Source of the DNA: Octopus bimaculoides
Lineage: Eukaryota
Reading direction: 5' to 3'
DNA: 64,000 bases
Assembly: GCF_001194135.2 (NCBI RefSeq)
Contig: NC_068984.1
Coordinates: forward strand, 20,290,862 to 20,354,861
Position 1 is the first letter of the stretch. Every line of letters begins with the position of its first letter. A program made the position numbers and the translations under genes. Shown here in pieces: positions 13,901-27,481 of the stretch. The notes beneath the pieces are model-generated. The model did not search any database, had not been told where the DNA came from, and worked only from the letters and a program-made list of their open reading frames with translations.

Positions 13901-15435
13901 TCACAATCAAGTCCTCGGTGTCATAAGTGCAGCACCCAAGGAGAAGATCGAAGGATATAATAGGAGAGAGTACCCAAAAGTGGAAAACATGGGAAAATAT
14001 ATGTCCAGAAGGAGGGAAAAGGACATAAGGCCAGGACTTCAAATAAAGTATACGAGACAGACGAAAGATGGAAGGGATACTAGGAGCTGGCTGTGGATTT
14101 GGAAAGACTGTTAATATTTCCACTCATGAAAACAACAAAAATACCGGACTTAATCCTATGGAACACAGAACGGAAAATTGGAATTTTGCTAGAGCTGACA
14201 ATGCCATGGGAAAAGAGCAACGGAAGGAGAAGAGGTATGAGAGATTAATCAAAGAGTGCAAAGAACAGAGATGGACTGTCAAGTAATACCACCTGGCAAT
14301 GGGAGCTAGAGGCTTCATTGAAAGGAAAATGGTGACGTTATTTAAAAGAAGGTTTGCATTTTTGAGCTCAGAGCTGAGAAGAGTAATAAGGAGGATACAG
14401 GAGGCAGTCGAGAAAGCTAGCTTCTATATATGGCTGGAACGAGAAGACCCAAAATGACTTGAAAGCCATAACATGCTGACTGGGAAATAGTGTTGTTAGG
14501 TGAGGCCGGCTGACACTTAAGCAGCATCGCAATTGACAAGTGGGCCAAGGTGGCAATCTTGTTCATAGCATGCCCTCCTCCTGGTTCAAAGGCTTGTACC
14601 ACCAAACACAAAAAGACCAGATTTAATCCTATGGAACACAGAACGGAAAATTGGAATTTTGCTAGAGCTGACAGTGCCAGGGGAAGAGAACATCACTAAT
14701 GCAGAACAACGGAAGGAGAAGAGTTAGGGTTGGCTCTGGTTGCTGGAACTGAAACTAACACAACACTGTTGGAAGGCAGGTTTAGAGAGGGCACGGGCTA
14801 AAACTACGCACTCTTCTCCTCCATTGATCAGTTGAAGCTTAGACAGTGTCAAGTGATAGTTAGCTGGTGCTGGCTGCTGGAGCCTACTGGCGAGTATTTA
14901 AAGGGAAATTTGGCAGAATGGTCATTTGCCCACTGACATTCGTTGACGCTGCATCAAAGAAACCAAAGAAAAAAGGAGAAAGAAGAAACACACTCAACAC
15001 CAGAGCTGAAGACACCTCTGAAAGGTGGGGCCCTGCCACGTCAAAAATGATAGAGGAGTAGGGGCCGAAACTGGATGTAGTTCCTCCTGATGATGTCTTT
15101 AGCCACTGGATTCTATAAAGGAGCTGTTGAGGTAGTGAACCACAAAACGTGGTTGGAATCCTTCTTTAATAAAAGAAAAAGTGAGCTTAAAAATGCATAT
15201 AATTTTTTCCAGTCAGATACTTACATATGAGATAATTCTGCTGCTGTTTTCTTTGCTATGAGAGGGCGTTCCAGACTTATTGAAAGAACTACATATGACC
15301 TTGCTTCAACAAACAATTGTCCTTCAGCATTTGCAGTATGTAAGTCTACATCGGAGGTATTTTCAGGGTTTGGTTTGAGTGCAGTCTACAGAGACAATAA
15401 AATAAATAAATTGTGTCTGTCTGTCTGTCTGCCTT

Positions 15436-15466
<31 letters not shown>

Positions 15467-15748
15467 GTTTACGAGGCGGTGCTGAAAAGTTTCTGGCTTT
15501 GAGTAAAAGAAAATACAGGAGGATCAGATAATTATGATTTTATTCAACATATTCCCCTCTCAGGTTAACACACTTATTGCAGAGGTCCTTCAGTTTTTTC
15601 TAAGCCCTGTAAAAGAACTCGGAATATTGGATCACCAACCAGGCCTTTCATGATGCCCTTAAACCCAAGAACTTTCCAGCACCCCTCGTACACACACACA
15701 CACACACACACANNNNNNNNNNNNNNNNNNNNNNNNNNNNNNNNNNNN

Positions 15749-15788
<40 letters not shown>

Positions 15789-18700
15789 GGTGAGTGTGGA
15801 GTGTTTACCAAGCACACCAGAATATACATTTCTGATGGGTTACATTAGCTTCTCTAGAACTTTCAAAAAAATGGTACAGTCTTTATTGCTATATGATAAC
15901 TAGTTATTGCTAGTTGGACTGGGCTTCTGACAATCAAGCCTTCTAGCAGACAAACTGGCTCATAGGTCAGTATATTATTTACTTGCTTACAAATGCAGTA
16001 CTGTGACCAAAATGTAATTTTTTTAGTAGAATTATTACATATTATCATTCATTATTATTGTACCAGTCACAAGTATTATTACAGTCATCATAAACTAAAT
16101 ATGTTTTTTGAATTAATGTTTGGAAGAGAAACTAAATAAGATCAGTGAAATTTCTCTGAAGTATAATATAAATATTATTAATGAACAAAAATAAATAGAA
16201 AGAGAAAGAATATGCATTACTTTCTTTGGTTCTTTTTTGTCTTCTCTCACTTTTCGTCCTGTTGGAGATGGTCCAGATGATACAAAGCTGAGCGAAAATT
16301 TAATAGCCTCTTCACTAAGTGCGGTTGAACTGATTGCCTGAACCATAAGAAAAATTCATCAATCATCATCCATAAAAATTCATCAACCACACAAATAATT
16401 TTAACATAGCTTTAACCCTTTAGTGTTCAGATTAATCTGTTAAATGTAATACTTTTTTCACTCAAATTGTTTTGAATTAATCATACATTATCTTACAGCT
16501 TTGAAGTTTCGATGGTGTGATAATTTATTCTTAAAATGTCAATGTAGGTTAGGTGTGAGGGGCTAGATATGGCCAGTTTGAATTTAAAACATGTAGGATA
16601 TTTGGGCCGGATATGGCCGGCTTAAACACCAAAGGGTTAATTGTCAAACCAGAAAAAAATGTCTTTTCCTTTCTTTTCNNNNNNNNNNNNNNNNNNNNNN
16701 NNNNNNNNNNNNNNNNNNNNNNNNNNNNNNNNNNNNNNNNNNNNNNNNNNNNNNNNNNNNNNNNNNNNNNNNNNNNNNNNNNNNNNNNNNNNNNNNNNNN
16801 NNNNNNNNNNNNNNNNNNNNNNNNNNNNNNNNNNNNNNNNNNNNNNNNNNNNNNNNNNNNNNNNNNNNNNNNNNNNNNNNNNNNNNNNNNNNNNNNNNNN
16901 NNNNNNNNNNNNNNNNNNNNNNNNNNNNNNNNNNNNNNNNNNNNNNNNNNNNNNNNNNNNNNNNNNNNNNNNNNNNNNNNNNNNNNNNNNNNNNNNNNNN
17001 NNNNNNNNNNNNNNNNNNNNNNNNNNNNNNNNNNNNNNNNNNNNNNNNNNNNNNNNNNNNNNNNNNNNNNNNNNNNNNNNNNNNNNNNNNNNNNNNNNNN
17101 NNNNNNNNNNNNNNNNNNNNNNNNNNNNNNNNNNNNNNNNNNNNNNNNNNNNNNNNNNNNNNNNNNNNNNNNNNNNNNNNNNNNNNNNNNNNNNNNNNNN
17201 NNNNNNNNNNNNNNNNNNNNNNNNNNNNNNNNNNNNNNNNNNNNNNNNNNNNNAAGCTAGAAGCAGGATAATAATCTAATTCTACACTTTATCACATTCA
17301 AGAATATAAACATGTTTTAAAGCACAACACACGTGAAGTCAAAAAGAAACACTACCTTTCACCAGCACACCGTGGTCCCTGGCACGAAGTTTCCTATCTC
17401 AGACATGTGAGCATGTGCACAACAGCCAAACACCACATTGCTAGAGCTGTGAAGCACACAGTTCTATCCAAGGATATTTGTACTTTTTTCATAAAGTAGG
17501 GGATGGCTACTGATATTAAGCTTAAGGATTATATAATGTACAAGTACAAAGAAAGAATTAAAGAAAAAAGGACTCATTACATTGAATGCTATCGATAATA
17601 TTGAGTGGAAATAGGGGGTGCTGCAGCTCTGCAGTGCCTATACATGAGCCACCACTAATACCACATTTCGTTTTTTTAGAACCAATAATTGTTTTATCTC
17701 AGTTAATTTTATATATGATAGTGTGCAATGTGGAATCAAGATTAATACTTTTAATTTGTAAATGTTGAGATTTTGATTAGTTACCTGTCCTCTTATATTC
17801 ACATGTATAAAATATTTAAAAATATGAAATATCAATCCTTACTTTGAGGAACTTCAAAGAAAGAACTGATGCAAATCTAAGCATTAAAGAATGCATGTAC
17901 AAAAGAAATGTTCTTAAAAAATTTGTACCCTTTCCTGGTATTCACATTCAGAAAATGGTTGGACTTTATAAGCGCCTTTTATTTGTTTCACTGTAATTAA
18001 AAGGAAAAAAAGTCAACAAACATTGATTACATAAAACAGAAATATAAATGAGTATAAAATTAAGATGATTAATGAAATGATCATTGATAACTTTCTTCAT
18101 CATATACAGATATTGTACGATACAAATAAAATGATAATTTTTTTTTCGAACACAGAAACACTGTTAGAGCAGCAGAAATATTGGGTAAATTACCCTTACG
18201 TAGTGTCTAAATTTGCTGATAAATTTATCTGCAGGCAGTTTAGCTTAATGGAAAAGCACACAGCTAGAGTCTTTGAGGGATGTAAGTTTGAGTCCCATGA
18301 CTGGTTGTTGACAAATTTTTCCACTTTCTAATGGTAATTTACCCCATATTATTGCTGTTTAACGGCATTTCTGCATTCCAAAAAGAGTTATCATCTTATT
18401 TGTATCGTACAATACACACTTTCAACACTTATAAAAAAAAACTAATGTTAGTTTGTTTATATTTATATACACATAGATGTACAGGTATGTTTGTTTATGG
18501 GCTAAAATGATCATTAATTGCAAATAAGGATTTCTTATATAATCTCAAGTGAAGCAAAGAAAGGATGGAAAGTAGAGTGGAGCTCAAACCCAGAATTTAG
18601 AAATATAACATTAAATACTGTAAAATTCTATTCTGTCCATTCTACCACTTTTATTTCCAATAGTTAAAAATAATGAACTATAATTTCAGTTGCCTTAAAG

Positions 18701-21161
18701 AACTTTTAAGAACTGGTGCTCATTTCCAGTTTTATGGCATCAAGAAGATTAGGGATTAGTTTCTCCATGGATACCCTCGTCCTCCACATCCTCATTTTAT
18801 ATTTGCTTTCCATGCTAGCATGGGTTGGGTGGATTGTTCTGGTCTCAGTTCTTATTTAAAGTCACTGTTCTTTTAGATGGGTCAGAGGACCACCTTGCTT
18901 ATAAGTTTCATTTTTAGCCTTGTGTTCATTACTAGATGCCCTTCCTAATACCAATCAGTTTACAGAGTGTACTGGGTGCATTTTATTGTGCTACCAGCAT
19001 TATAGAAGTTGCCATATTGTTGACAAAGCAAACAGGTCCTACCAACCCCACTTTTCAATTGCTTGGCAACCACTTTGAAAGAGTATCCTAGGTGGATTTA
19101 TAGCAGCACCAACACTAGTATGGTTGTCTTGTACATTGTAATATTAGAGAGTCCTTACCACTGTGTGTATTCATTCATTTCATTTATTCAGGATTACAAG
19201 ACTGAGGAGCTGAGTAGAACAGAACAGTGATGACAGAAAATGAATGAAGATGGGCTAGAAAGGAAAGTAAGAATGTGATGGCAAAAACAAAGTAACTGAA
19301 ATTAGAGGGTGGCAGAGGGGCTACTGATATTTAAGTAAAATTTGAACCTGTGACAGGACTGTCCAACACCTTTATATTCATCATCATCATCATTTAACAT
19401 CCATCTTTCATGCATGCATGGGTAGGATGGTTGACAGGAGCTGGCCAGGTAGAAAATCTACCCAAGGCTACTGTGTCTGTTTTAGCAGGGATTTTACAGC
19501 TGGATGCCCTTCCTAACACCAACCTCTCTACAAAGTGGACTCAGTGCTTTTTACGTGACACTAGCACAGGCAAGGTTAGTTTTGGCATGATTTTTACAGC
19601 TGGTTGCCCTTCGAAATGCCAACCACATTACAGTGTGGACTGGATGCTTTTAAAGTGGCACCAGCGCTGGCAGGGTAACCAAGTAACTCACAAGACAAGA
19701 AATTATGAGAGGGGCAGGGGCATTTGTGGAGGGGAACTTGTGTCAGAGAATGAAAGGTTAGAGTGTAACAAAAAGACAGAAGCAGGTGTCTTGCCACAAC
19801 AGAGAGGGCATTAGAGGGGGTGATCCAACATCAGATGATGGAAAGTTAGAATGTAATAGAGAATTTAATTTTCTACAATCAATAATTGATTAATAATTGG
19901 ATAGATAGTAATAGATCCTGCTTTTGTTATACAAGATCTTTTTAGATAAACTAAATATTTTGGAAAGTTATGTCCCCAAATGATTCTGTAAACTATGAAA
20001 CAAATGGTAGTCTGAAGGAGCAAGGTCGGGAGAATAAGGTGGATGAGGAATTTTTTCCAACCAAGCTCTTCGATCTTCTGTGATGTGATCTTTGCAGTGT
20101 GAGGTCACGCATTGTCCTGATGAAACATCACTCCTTTTCAATTCACTAAAGCGGGTCTTTTTTTCTTCAAAGCTTGGTTCAAACGTTTTAATTGCTGACA
20201 GTAGACTTGAGCATTGATTGTTGCATTAGGTGGTAACAATTCAAAGTGAATTACTCCTTTGCAATCCCACCAGATAGAGAGAAGAACCTTTTTCCCATGA
20301 AGTTCCCTTCTCGGTTGTGGTTGAGCTTTCCCCCTTTTACCAAGCCACTGTTTACGACGTTTAACTTTTCGATAGAAGATCCATTTTCATCACCAGTCAC
20401 AAGTCTATCCAAAAAGGGTGAAATGAGTTCGCGAGAATGGAGAGAAGAGCAGATGTCAACTCGGGATTTGCGGTTGCTTTCGAACAATTCATGAGGTACC
20501 CATTTTCCAAGTTTAGGAACCTTTCCAAGTTGTTGAAGATGACAATGAACAGTTATATGGTTTGAACTAAGCTTTATTGCCAATTCTTCAACTGATAATG
20601 CAGGATTTTCTTCAAGTAATGCCTCAAGGAGCTTATCATCAAACTCAACTGGACGTCCTGTTCGATCTTCATCTTCAAGGCTGAAATCACCACTTCTGAA
20701 TTTTGCAAACCTTCTTTTGCAAGTTCTTTCATTCAAGCATTCTTTCCCATAAACTGAGTGTATGTTTCGAGTTGCTTCAGCTACAGAGTTTCCTTTTTTG
20801 TGCTCATAAAGCATTTTGTGCCTCAAATGCTCTTTGGATACTTCCATGTTAGAAAGGGTTTTAATCAAAGAAATTTTAATTCTATTATTCTGTAAAATAA
20901 TATTCAATTAGATTAAATGTACACAAATGCATAAAAATAATTTTTAATTCCATTAGACATTCTAAAATACTATTAAGTTTCATTCAATTTTAAAAAAGGT
21001 AAAATCGGACAGAACTTATGGGATGACCTGATAGTTCCGTGAGTTGCAAGGTGACTTCAATAGTGCAGGTGGTATGAAAAAAGTGCTCAGTCCATGCTGT
21101 GAATGAACTGGGTGCTTTTTGGAGCATGATAACCCATGCCAGCAAGGAACATGGATGTCAA

Positions 21162-21213
<52 letters not shown>

Positions 21214-24200
21214 CGACGACGACGATGACTGGTTTTTAATTAATTCTGTATTTGATAATGTACAATATAGAATCTGGATTCAAGATGCATTTAATAAGAA
21301 ATTGAAAATGTTGTGCTCTTTTGTTCATTGAGGTCTCAAAAGCCTTTGAAAACGTTATGTTCACCGTTGAGAAAATTACTAGTACTGTATCTCTAAACTA
21401 TAAGACATTTATCAGAATTAACTACTACACCACTCAATACTTCACAATACATCTAGTAACTCTATCCTTTCAAGTATTTGGGTATTCTGTTGAGAATTTA
21501 ATCTCCAAAGATCAATATAAAATATAACTTTTACAACGGTGCCGCATAACAGTTATAAAGATGGTAAGGCCAACTTTTTATATTTAAAACTGCATATTTT
21601 GTTAATCTCTTAACTGTATTATCTATATTAATCTTTATTTACCTTAACAGCCCTAGCAGATCATTTAACATACTACTGTAATTGACAGTAAAATAATTAT
21701 ATTTCGTTCTAATTTTTTCCTTCATCAAGAAGATTTAATTAAAAATATACATAGATGTGCACAATCACCCATGATTGATCATGGTTGTCTTTTATCCAAT
21801 GATTTTATCCGCATTCATTTTATAAACTTACCTCCAGGATACAGAAGTGGACTGGCATCAATGTATACTACTCCATGAAAAGATGCTGTTCCTTCATCTT
21901 CATGCTTAAAGACAAAACAGTATTCTCATTGTGTTAAATGCATTTCTTCATTTCTGTATTAAAAATATTTAAAATTCAGTTTAAAATGAAATACAATAAA
22001 ACATATTGAATACATCTAAAATATATTCTCATTTTTACTTCAGCTCATTTCACTGCATTTTTATTTAATTCAATATTTTACTCTCTTAACATACCTTTTT
22101 AACTCTGCCCCCACTTGGAACAGATATACGCAATATTTCCAGCGGCAGGTATCGCTTTGTTGTTATAGTTTCCAAAAGACTGCCAAAAGAGAGATATGAG
22201 AGATTTTAAGGGATTTTCCCATTCAAAAGGATAAGAAATTAGAAAAAAATAAACCAGACGTAACAATAATCTTTTTACTCGAGGCACAAGGCCTGAAATT
22301 TTTGGGGAGGGAGTCAGTCAATTAGATCAACCCCAATATGCAACTGGTACTTAATTTATCAACCCTGAAAGGATGAAAGGCAAAGTTGACCTTGGTGGAA
22401 TTTGTGGACACAGAACGTAAAGACAGACGAAATACTACCAAGCATTTTGCCCGGTGTGCTAACATCTCTGGCAGCTCACCATCTTAAAACAGCTCATAAC
22501 AATAATCTTTTCTACTCTAGGCACAAGGCCTGCAATTTTTAGGGAAGGGGCCAGTCGAATAGATCGACCCCAGTATGCAACTGATACTTAATTTATCGAC
22601 CCCGAAAGGATGAAAGGCAAAGTCAACCTCAGCAGAATTTGAACTCAGATCATAACGGCAGACAAAATACCACTAAGCATTTCGCCTGACATGCTAATGT
22701 TTCTGCCACCTCACTGCCTTCAGACAACAATAATAGACAAGGAAAAGTGAAGTTGCTTACAAAATTTTTGTGTAGCAAATAATTCCAGTAACTGAATACT
22801 TAGATATCCTTTATAGAGAATTTAAAGAGGCACATACATGTGTCACAAAGAAATCAAAATCACATATATTTATATATATATATATATATATATTATCATC
22901 ATCGTTTAACGTCCGCTTTCCATGCTAGTATGGGTTGGACGATTTTGACTGAGGACTGGTGAAACCGGATGGCAACACCAGGCTCCAATCTGATTTGGTA
23001 GAGTTTCTACAGCTGGATGCCCTTCCTAACGCCAACCACTCAGAGAGTGTAATGGGTACATTTTACGTGTCACCCGCACGAAGGCCAGTCAGGTACTGGC
23101 AACGGCCACGCTCAAAATGGTCTATTTTATGTGCCACCCGCACAAGAGCCAGTCCAGGGGCACTGGCAACGATCTCGCTCGAAAAATATATNNNNNNNNN
23201 NNNNNNNNNNNNNNNNNNNNNNNNNNNNNNNNNNNNNNNNNNNNNNNNNNNNNNNNNNNNNNNNNNNNNNNNNNNNNNNNNNNNNNNNNNNNNNNNNNNN
23301 NNNNNNNNNNNNNNNNNNNNNNNNNNNNNNNNNNNTATATATATCCCTCTCTCTCTTTCGGAGAGAGGCACAAGCACATGCACAGACATATACACACGGC
23401 AGTAACTTCTGCCTACCAAATTCAATCGCAAAGCTTCAGTCGGCTCGGGGCTATAGTAGAAGACACTTGCCCAAGGTGCCACACGGTGGGACTGAACCGA
23501 AACCATGTAACTGGGAAGCAAGCTTCCTAACCACACAGCCATGCCCGCGCCTATATATATTCAGTCAGACCTATTCATATTATCAACTTCTATTATTGTT
23601 TCAAGTAATTTTGTAAAACGTACTGTTTTGACCCAGTTTGATGGAGAAAACACCTTCGTTCCATGTTCCAAATAAATTTTGGTCTTTCCAATTCTGAATG
23701 TTTTCTGTATTCTCTGTTTTCCTTTGATCGAAAGTCTCCATCTTCATTATCTTTTGGATCACTGAAGAGGTAACTAAAACGAAAAATAATATATTATTAA
23801 TTAGAATAATGATATCCATAAAAGCATGCATGTATTCTAGATATCTACTGCTTCTAGAATCTATATTCTTTTTATATATTTATAACAGAAAGGGAAATAT
23901 TTGTAATACATTGCATAGAAAAGAAAATGTTGACAACATTTAGTGATTTACTTTTTACCTTTTTTTTTACTTGTTTCAGTTATTAGACTGTGGCCATGCT
24001 GGGGCACTGCCTTGAAGAATTTTTAGTTGAATGAATTGACCCCAGTGCTTATTTTTTTTGTTAAACCAGGTACTTATTCTATTGGTCTCTTTTGCTGAAC
24101 TACTAAGTTATGGGGATACAAACACACCAACAGCAGTTGTCAAGTGGTGGTGGTGGATAAACACAGTCACAAACAGACACACACACACACACACACACAC

Positions 24201-26962
24201 AAATACACACACACACACACACACACACATGATGGGCTTTTTTAGCTTCCATCCACCAAATCCAGTCACAAGGCTTTGGTCACCCTAAGGCTATAGAAGA
24301 CACTTGCCCAAGGTGTCATGCAGTGGGACTGAACCTGGAACCATGTGGTTGGAAAGCAAGCTTCTTTATTTCATTAAAATTGGTCATAAAGGCCTCATGC
24401 AGAGAAAAAGGAAGCAAACTTCTTACCACACAGCCACACCTACACCTATGTTCAGAATGTTGTAGCAATTCTAGATGGTCGTTGAGTTGAAATGATTTAC
24501 CTGTTTGGAATGTACACAGCATTTCCAACAGCTGGAAGAGGATTGACCCATTTCTTCTGTTTACATAATGGCTCTTTATCAGCTGGACTTCGGTGTTGGG
24601 TTCCAACAAACACAAGAATGTTTTCTTTCTGAATGAAATCAAAAATATTAATTTTGCAACATTGCATTTTTAAAAATTCTATTTCCAAACTTTTATGTAG
24701 ATTTAACAATTTCTAATTCTACTATTGGAGAATGTTTTTCAAGCTTCTGTTTATGGAAGCAGTACAGGTGTGGCATGAGGTGTTAAACTTGCTTGTGAAT
24801 GATATCTAGATACTAAAGTTAGGAATTAAGAGTGTCATCATCTGCATAGAAGTGAAAGTTGTTGGAGATGATGACAAATAGATCGTTGGTGTGCAGGAAG
24901 AATAGTATGGAGAACAAAACTAATCTTCTGGGCACATTAGAATTAATATAGTGTGGGTCAGAGAGAACCTTATTAGCACATATTGCAATGGTGAAATTTA
25001 ACAAGAAAGCTTTAGTCCAAGAAACAAGAGATAGTTGGTTCCTATAGATAGGCAATTTTTGTTTGAAGATTGACAAACTAGACATGATTGGAAGCGTGAA
25101 AGGTTCAAGGTGTTGAAGAGGTTGATTTTTAGGCTGATCTATCACCTTAAAGATACTGGAAATGAGGTGGGCAGGTCTGCTAGTAGATTTGTAGGCTAAT
25201 TTTATTATCACAGTTGAAGTGCTTTGCTGTCAAGGTCAGCAACACTTTTCACCAAATATCTCAAGGGTAAGAGTCCATTAATGAACGATGTAGGAGAGTA
25301 GCACTCCAGCAGATCTGGCTTTATGGAAGATGCACTGATAGTCACTAAGGAGGAAGTGTGATTAAAGGTGTCAGAAAAAAATTGTTGTTAGTGACTCCCC
25401 ATCATCTTTGAAATATTAAGAGCGGAGTAATAGGTCAGTAGTTGATGGAGTCAGAGAGGCTGCACTTTTGGGGATGTGTATGTGCGTGTGCACACGCACA
25501 TGCATGTGTATATCATGGTGTTGACCAGACTATCAGATGTTATATGCACCACAAGTCACAATACACTTTGCATTGTTTTAGCTTTTGAATGATGCTACCC
25601 CGCTGGGTAAGCAAGCGTGTCAACATTCCCTCTGATCAGAAGACTATTCTCTCACAGGGTTACTCATTTACAGCTGAGTGGACTGAAGCAATGGGAAATG
25701 AAGTGCAAATATATTTATTTCACATGTACAAATATCATAGATAATAAAGTCTTACATTATTGATAATAGGTACTGACATAGCTGCTGTCAGAACATGATT
25801 TTGTAGAACTAAAGTTTCTGGTGGTGAGTTAAGAGATTCAATTGTTATGGTCATGATATTGTAACCAGCAACTTCTTCTCTATCCAGAAGGGATTTTGAT
25901 ATTGATATACAGACATCAATTTCAGGCTGAAAATAAGGAAAAAATAAATAAAATAATTTAGTCTATTTTCTTCTTACAGTGTTTTTAAAGATTTATTTTG
26001 TATATTTAAGAACTAGCCTGGTGTAGCCATCTGGTTTCACCAGTCCTCAGTCAAATCGTCCAACCCATGCTAGCATGGAAAGCGGACTGGTGAAACCAGA
26101 TGGCTACACCAGGCTAGTTCTTAAATATACAAAATAAATCTTTCCATGCTAGCATGGAAAGCAGACGTTAAACGACGATGATGATGATGATGATGACAGT
26201 TAGTTAGATATGAGACTATGGGTGATGAGTCCAAATCTGAAGATGGAGTTTTGCTATATTTCTGGGCAGAACACTTTACATTTATTTTTAAGTTCACTTA
26301 ACTGTTGATAATAACAATAGGTATCAGTAGCATGGGAATGCTATCTCTGATACTCAGGTATCCTACCCAGTAGAAGTTTTATCTCACATCATCACTCTGC
26401 AACTGCAACTAAAGGCTGGCACAAGCACATAAACTGCTTTTTTTGTTTTTGGTGTATAAGAGATTTTATTAGGCCATTGTCACAAGGACAAGGCAGATGC
26501 AACTTACAATAACTCTAACTGGGAAGTGTAACCAGACCACAAAAATGGCTCATGAAAAGGAAACATGGAAAAAAAGCAATCTCTTCATGAGAGTTATTGT
26601 AGTTATTGTTGTTTAACTTTAAGCCAATCCTGATTATAGAATCAGGATTGTTTTCACTGATGGTGGTAGAGTATTAAGTATCTGCATACTTATGATCTTA
26701 GAGGGTGTCTTTTTACTTTTACGTGTTTCAATCATTAGACTGTGGCCTTGCTGGTCACCAACCACCTTGGAAGGTTTTAATCAAACAAATTGATCTGAGT
26801 ACTTATTTTCTTTTTGAAATCCAGTGCTGCTTCTATCCATCTCTTTTGTTGAACTACTAAATTACAGGGATGTAAACAGACTAACAATGGTTGCCAAGTG
26901 GCAAGGGTACAGACAAACAGAAAGACACACTCACATGCACATATACAAGTATATATATCTAT

Positions 26963-26995
<33 letters not shown>

Positions 26996-27389
26996 CAATA
27001 GGCTTCTTTCAGTTTCCATGTACCAAATCCACTCACAAGGCTTTAGGTGGTCCAGGGCTACAGTAGAAGACATTTGCTCAAGGTACCATGCAATGAGACT
27101 GAACCTGAAACCATGTGGCTTGAAAGCAAACTTCTTACCACACAGCCACACCTGCCCCTATATGTATTTTCTTTTAACCATATAACTAATGAAAAGGGTC
27201 ACCATTAAGAGAAACTTATTATTTCAAAGATTGTTTTTTTTTTTGTACATACCTTTGGAACATCTGGTAAGAAACTTTCCAACACTGAGCCAGGAATCGA
27301 TACTAATTCTATAGTTGTTTCATGGTTTGTTTCTCCTGAAAAAAGAAAACTCAGTCAAAATTTGGTCAAAACTGCTGCTGCTGCTGCTT

Positions 27390-27481
<92 letters not shown>

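Noticed and set aside
14722-14732. TTAGGG at the end of the duplicated HERO segment as telomere healing
   Set aside because: A single hexamer, expected by chance.
17580-17700. Minus-strand frame [11 protein letters not shown] resembling the KTKC segment of CFAP70
   Set aside because: There is no AG at the needed position and the donor phase does not fit. Exons 10 and 11 already join in frame.
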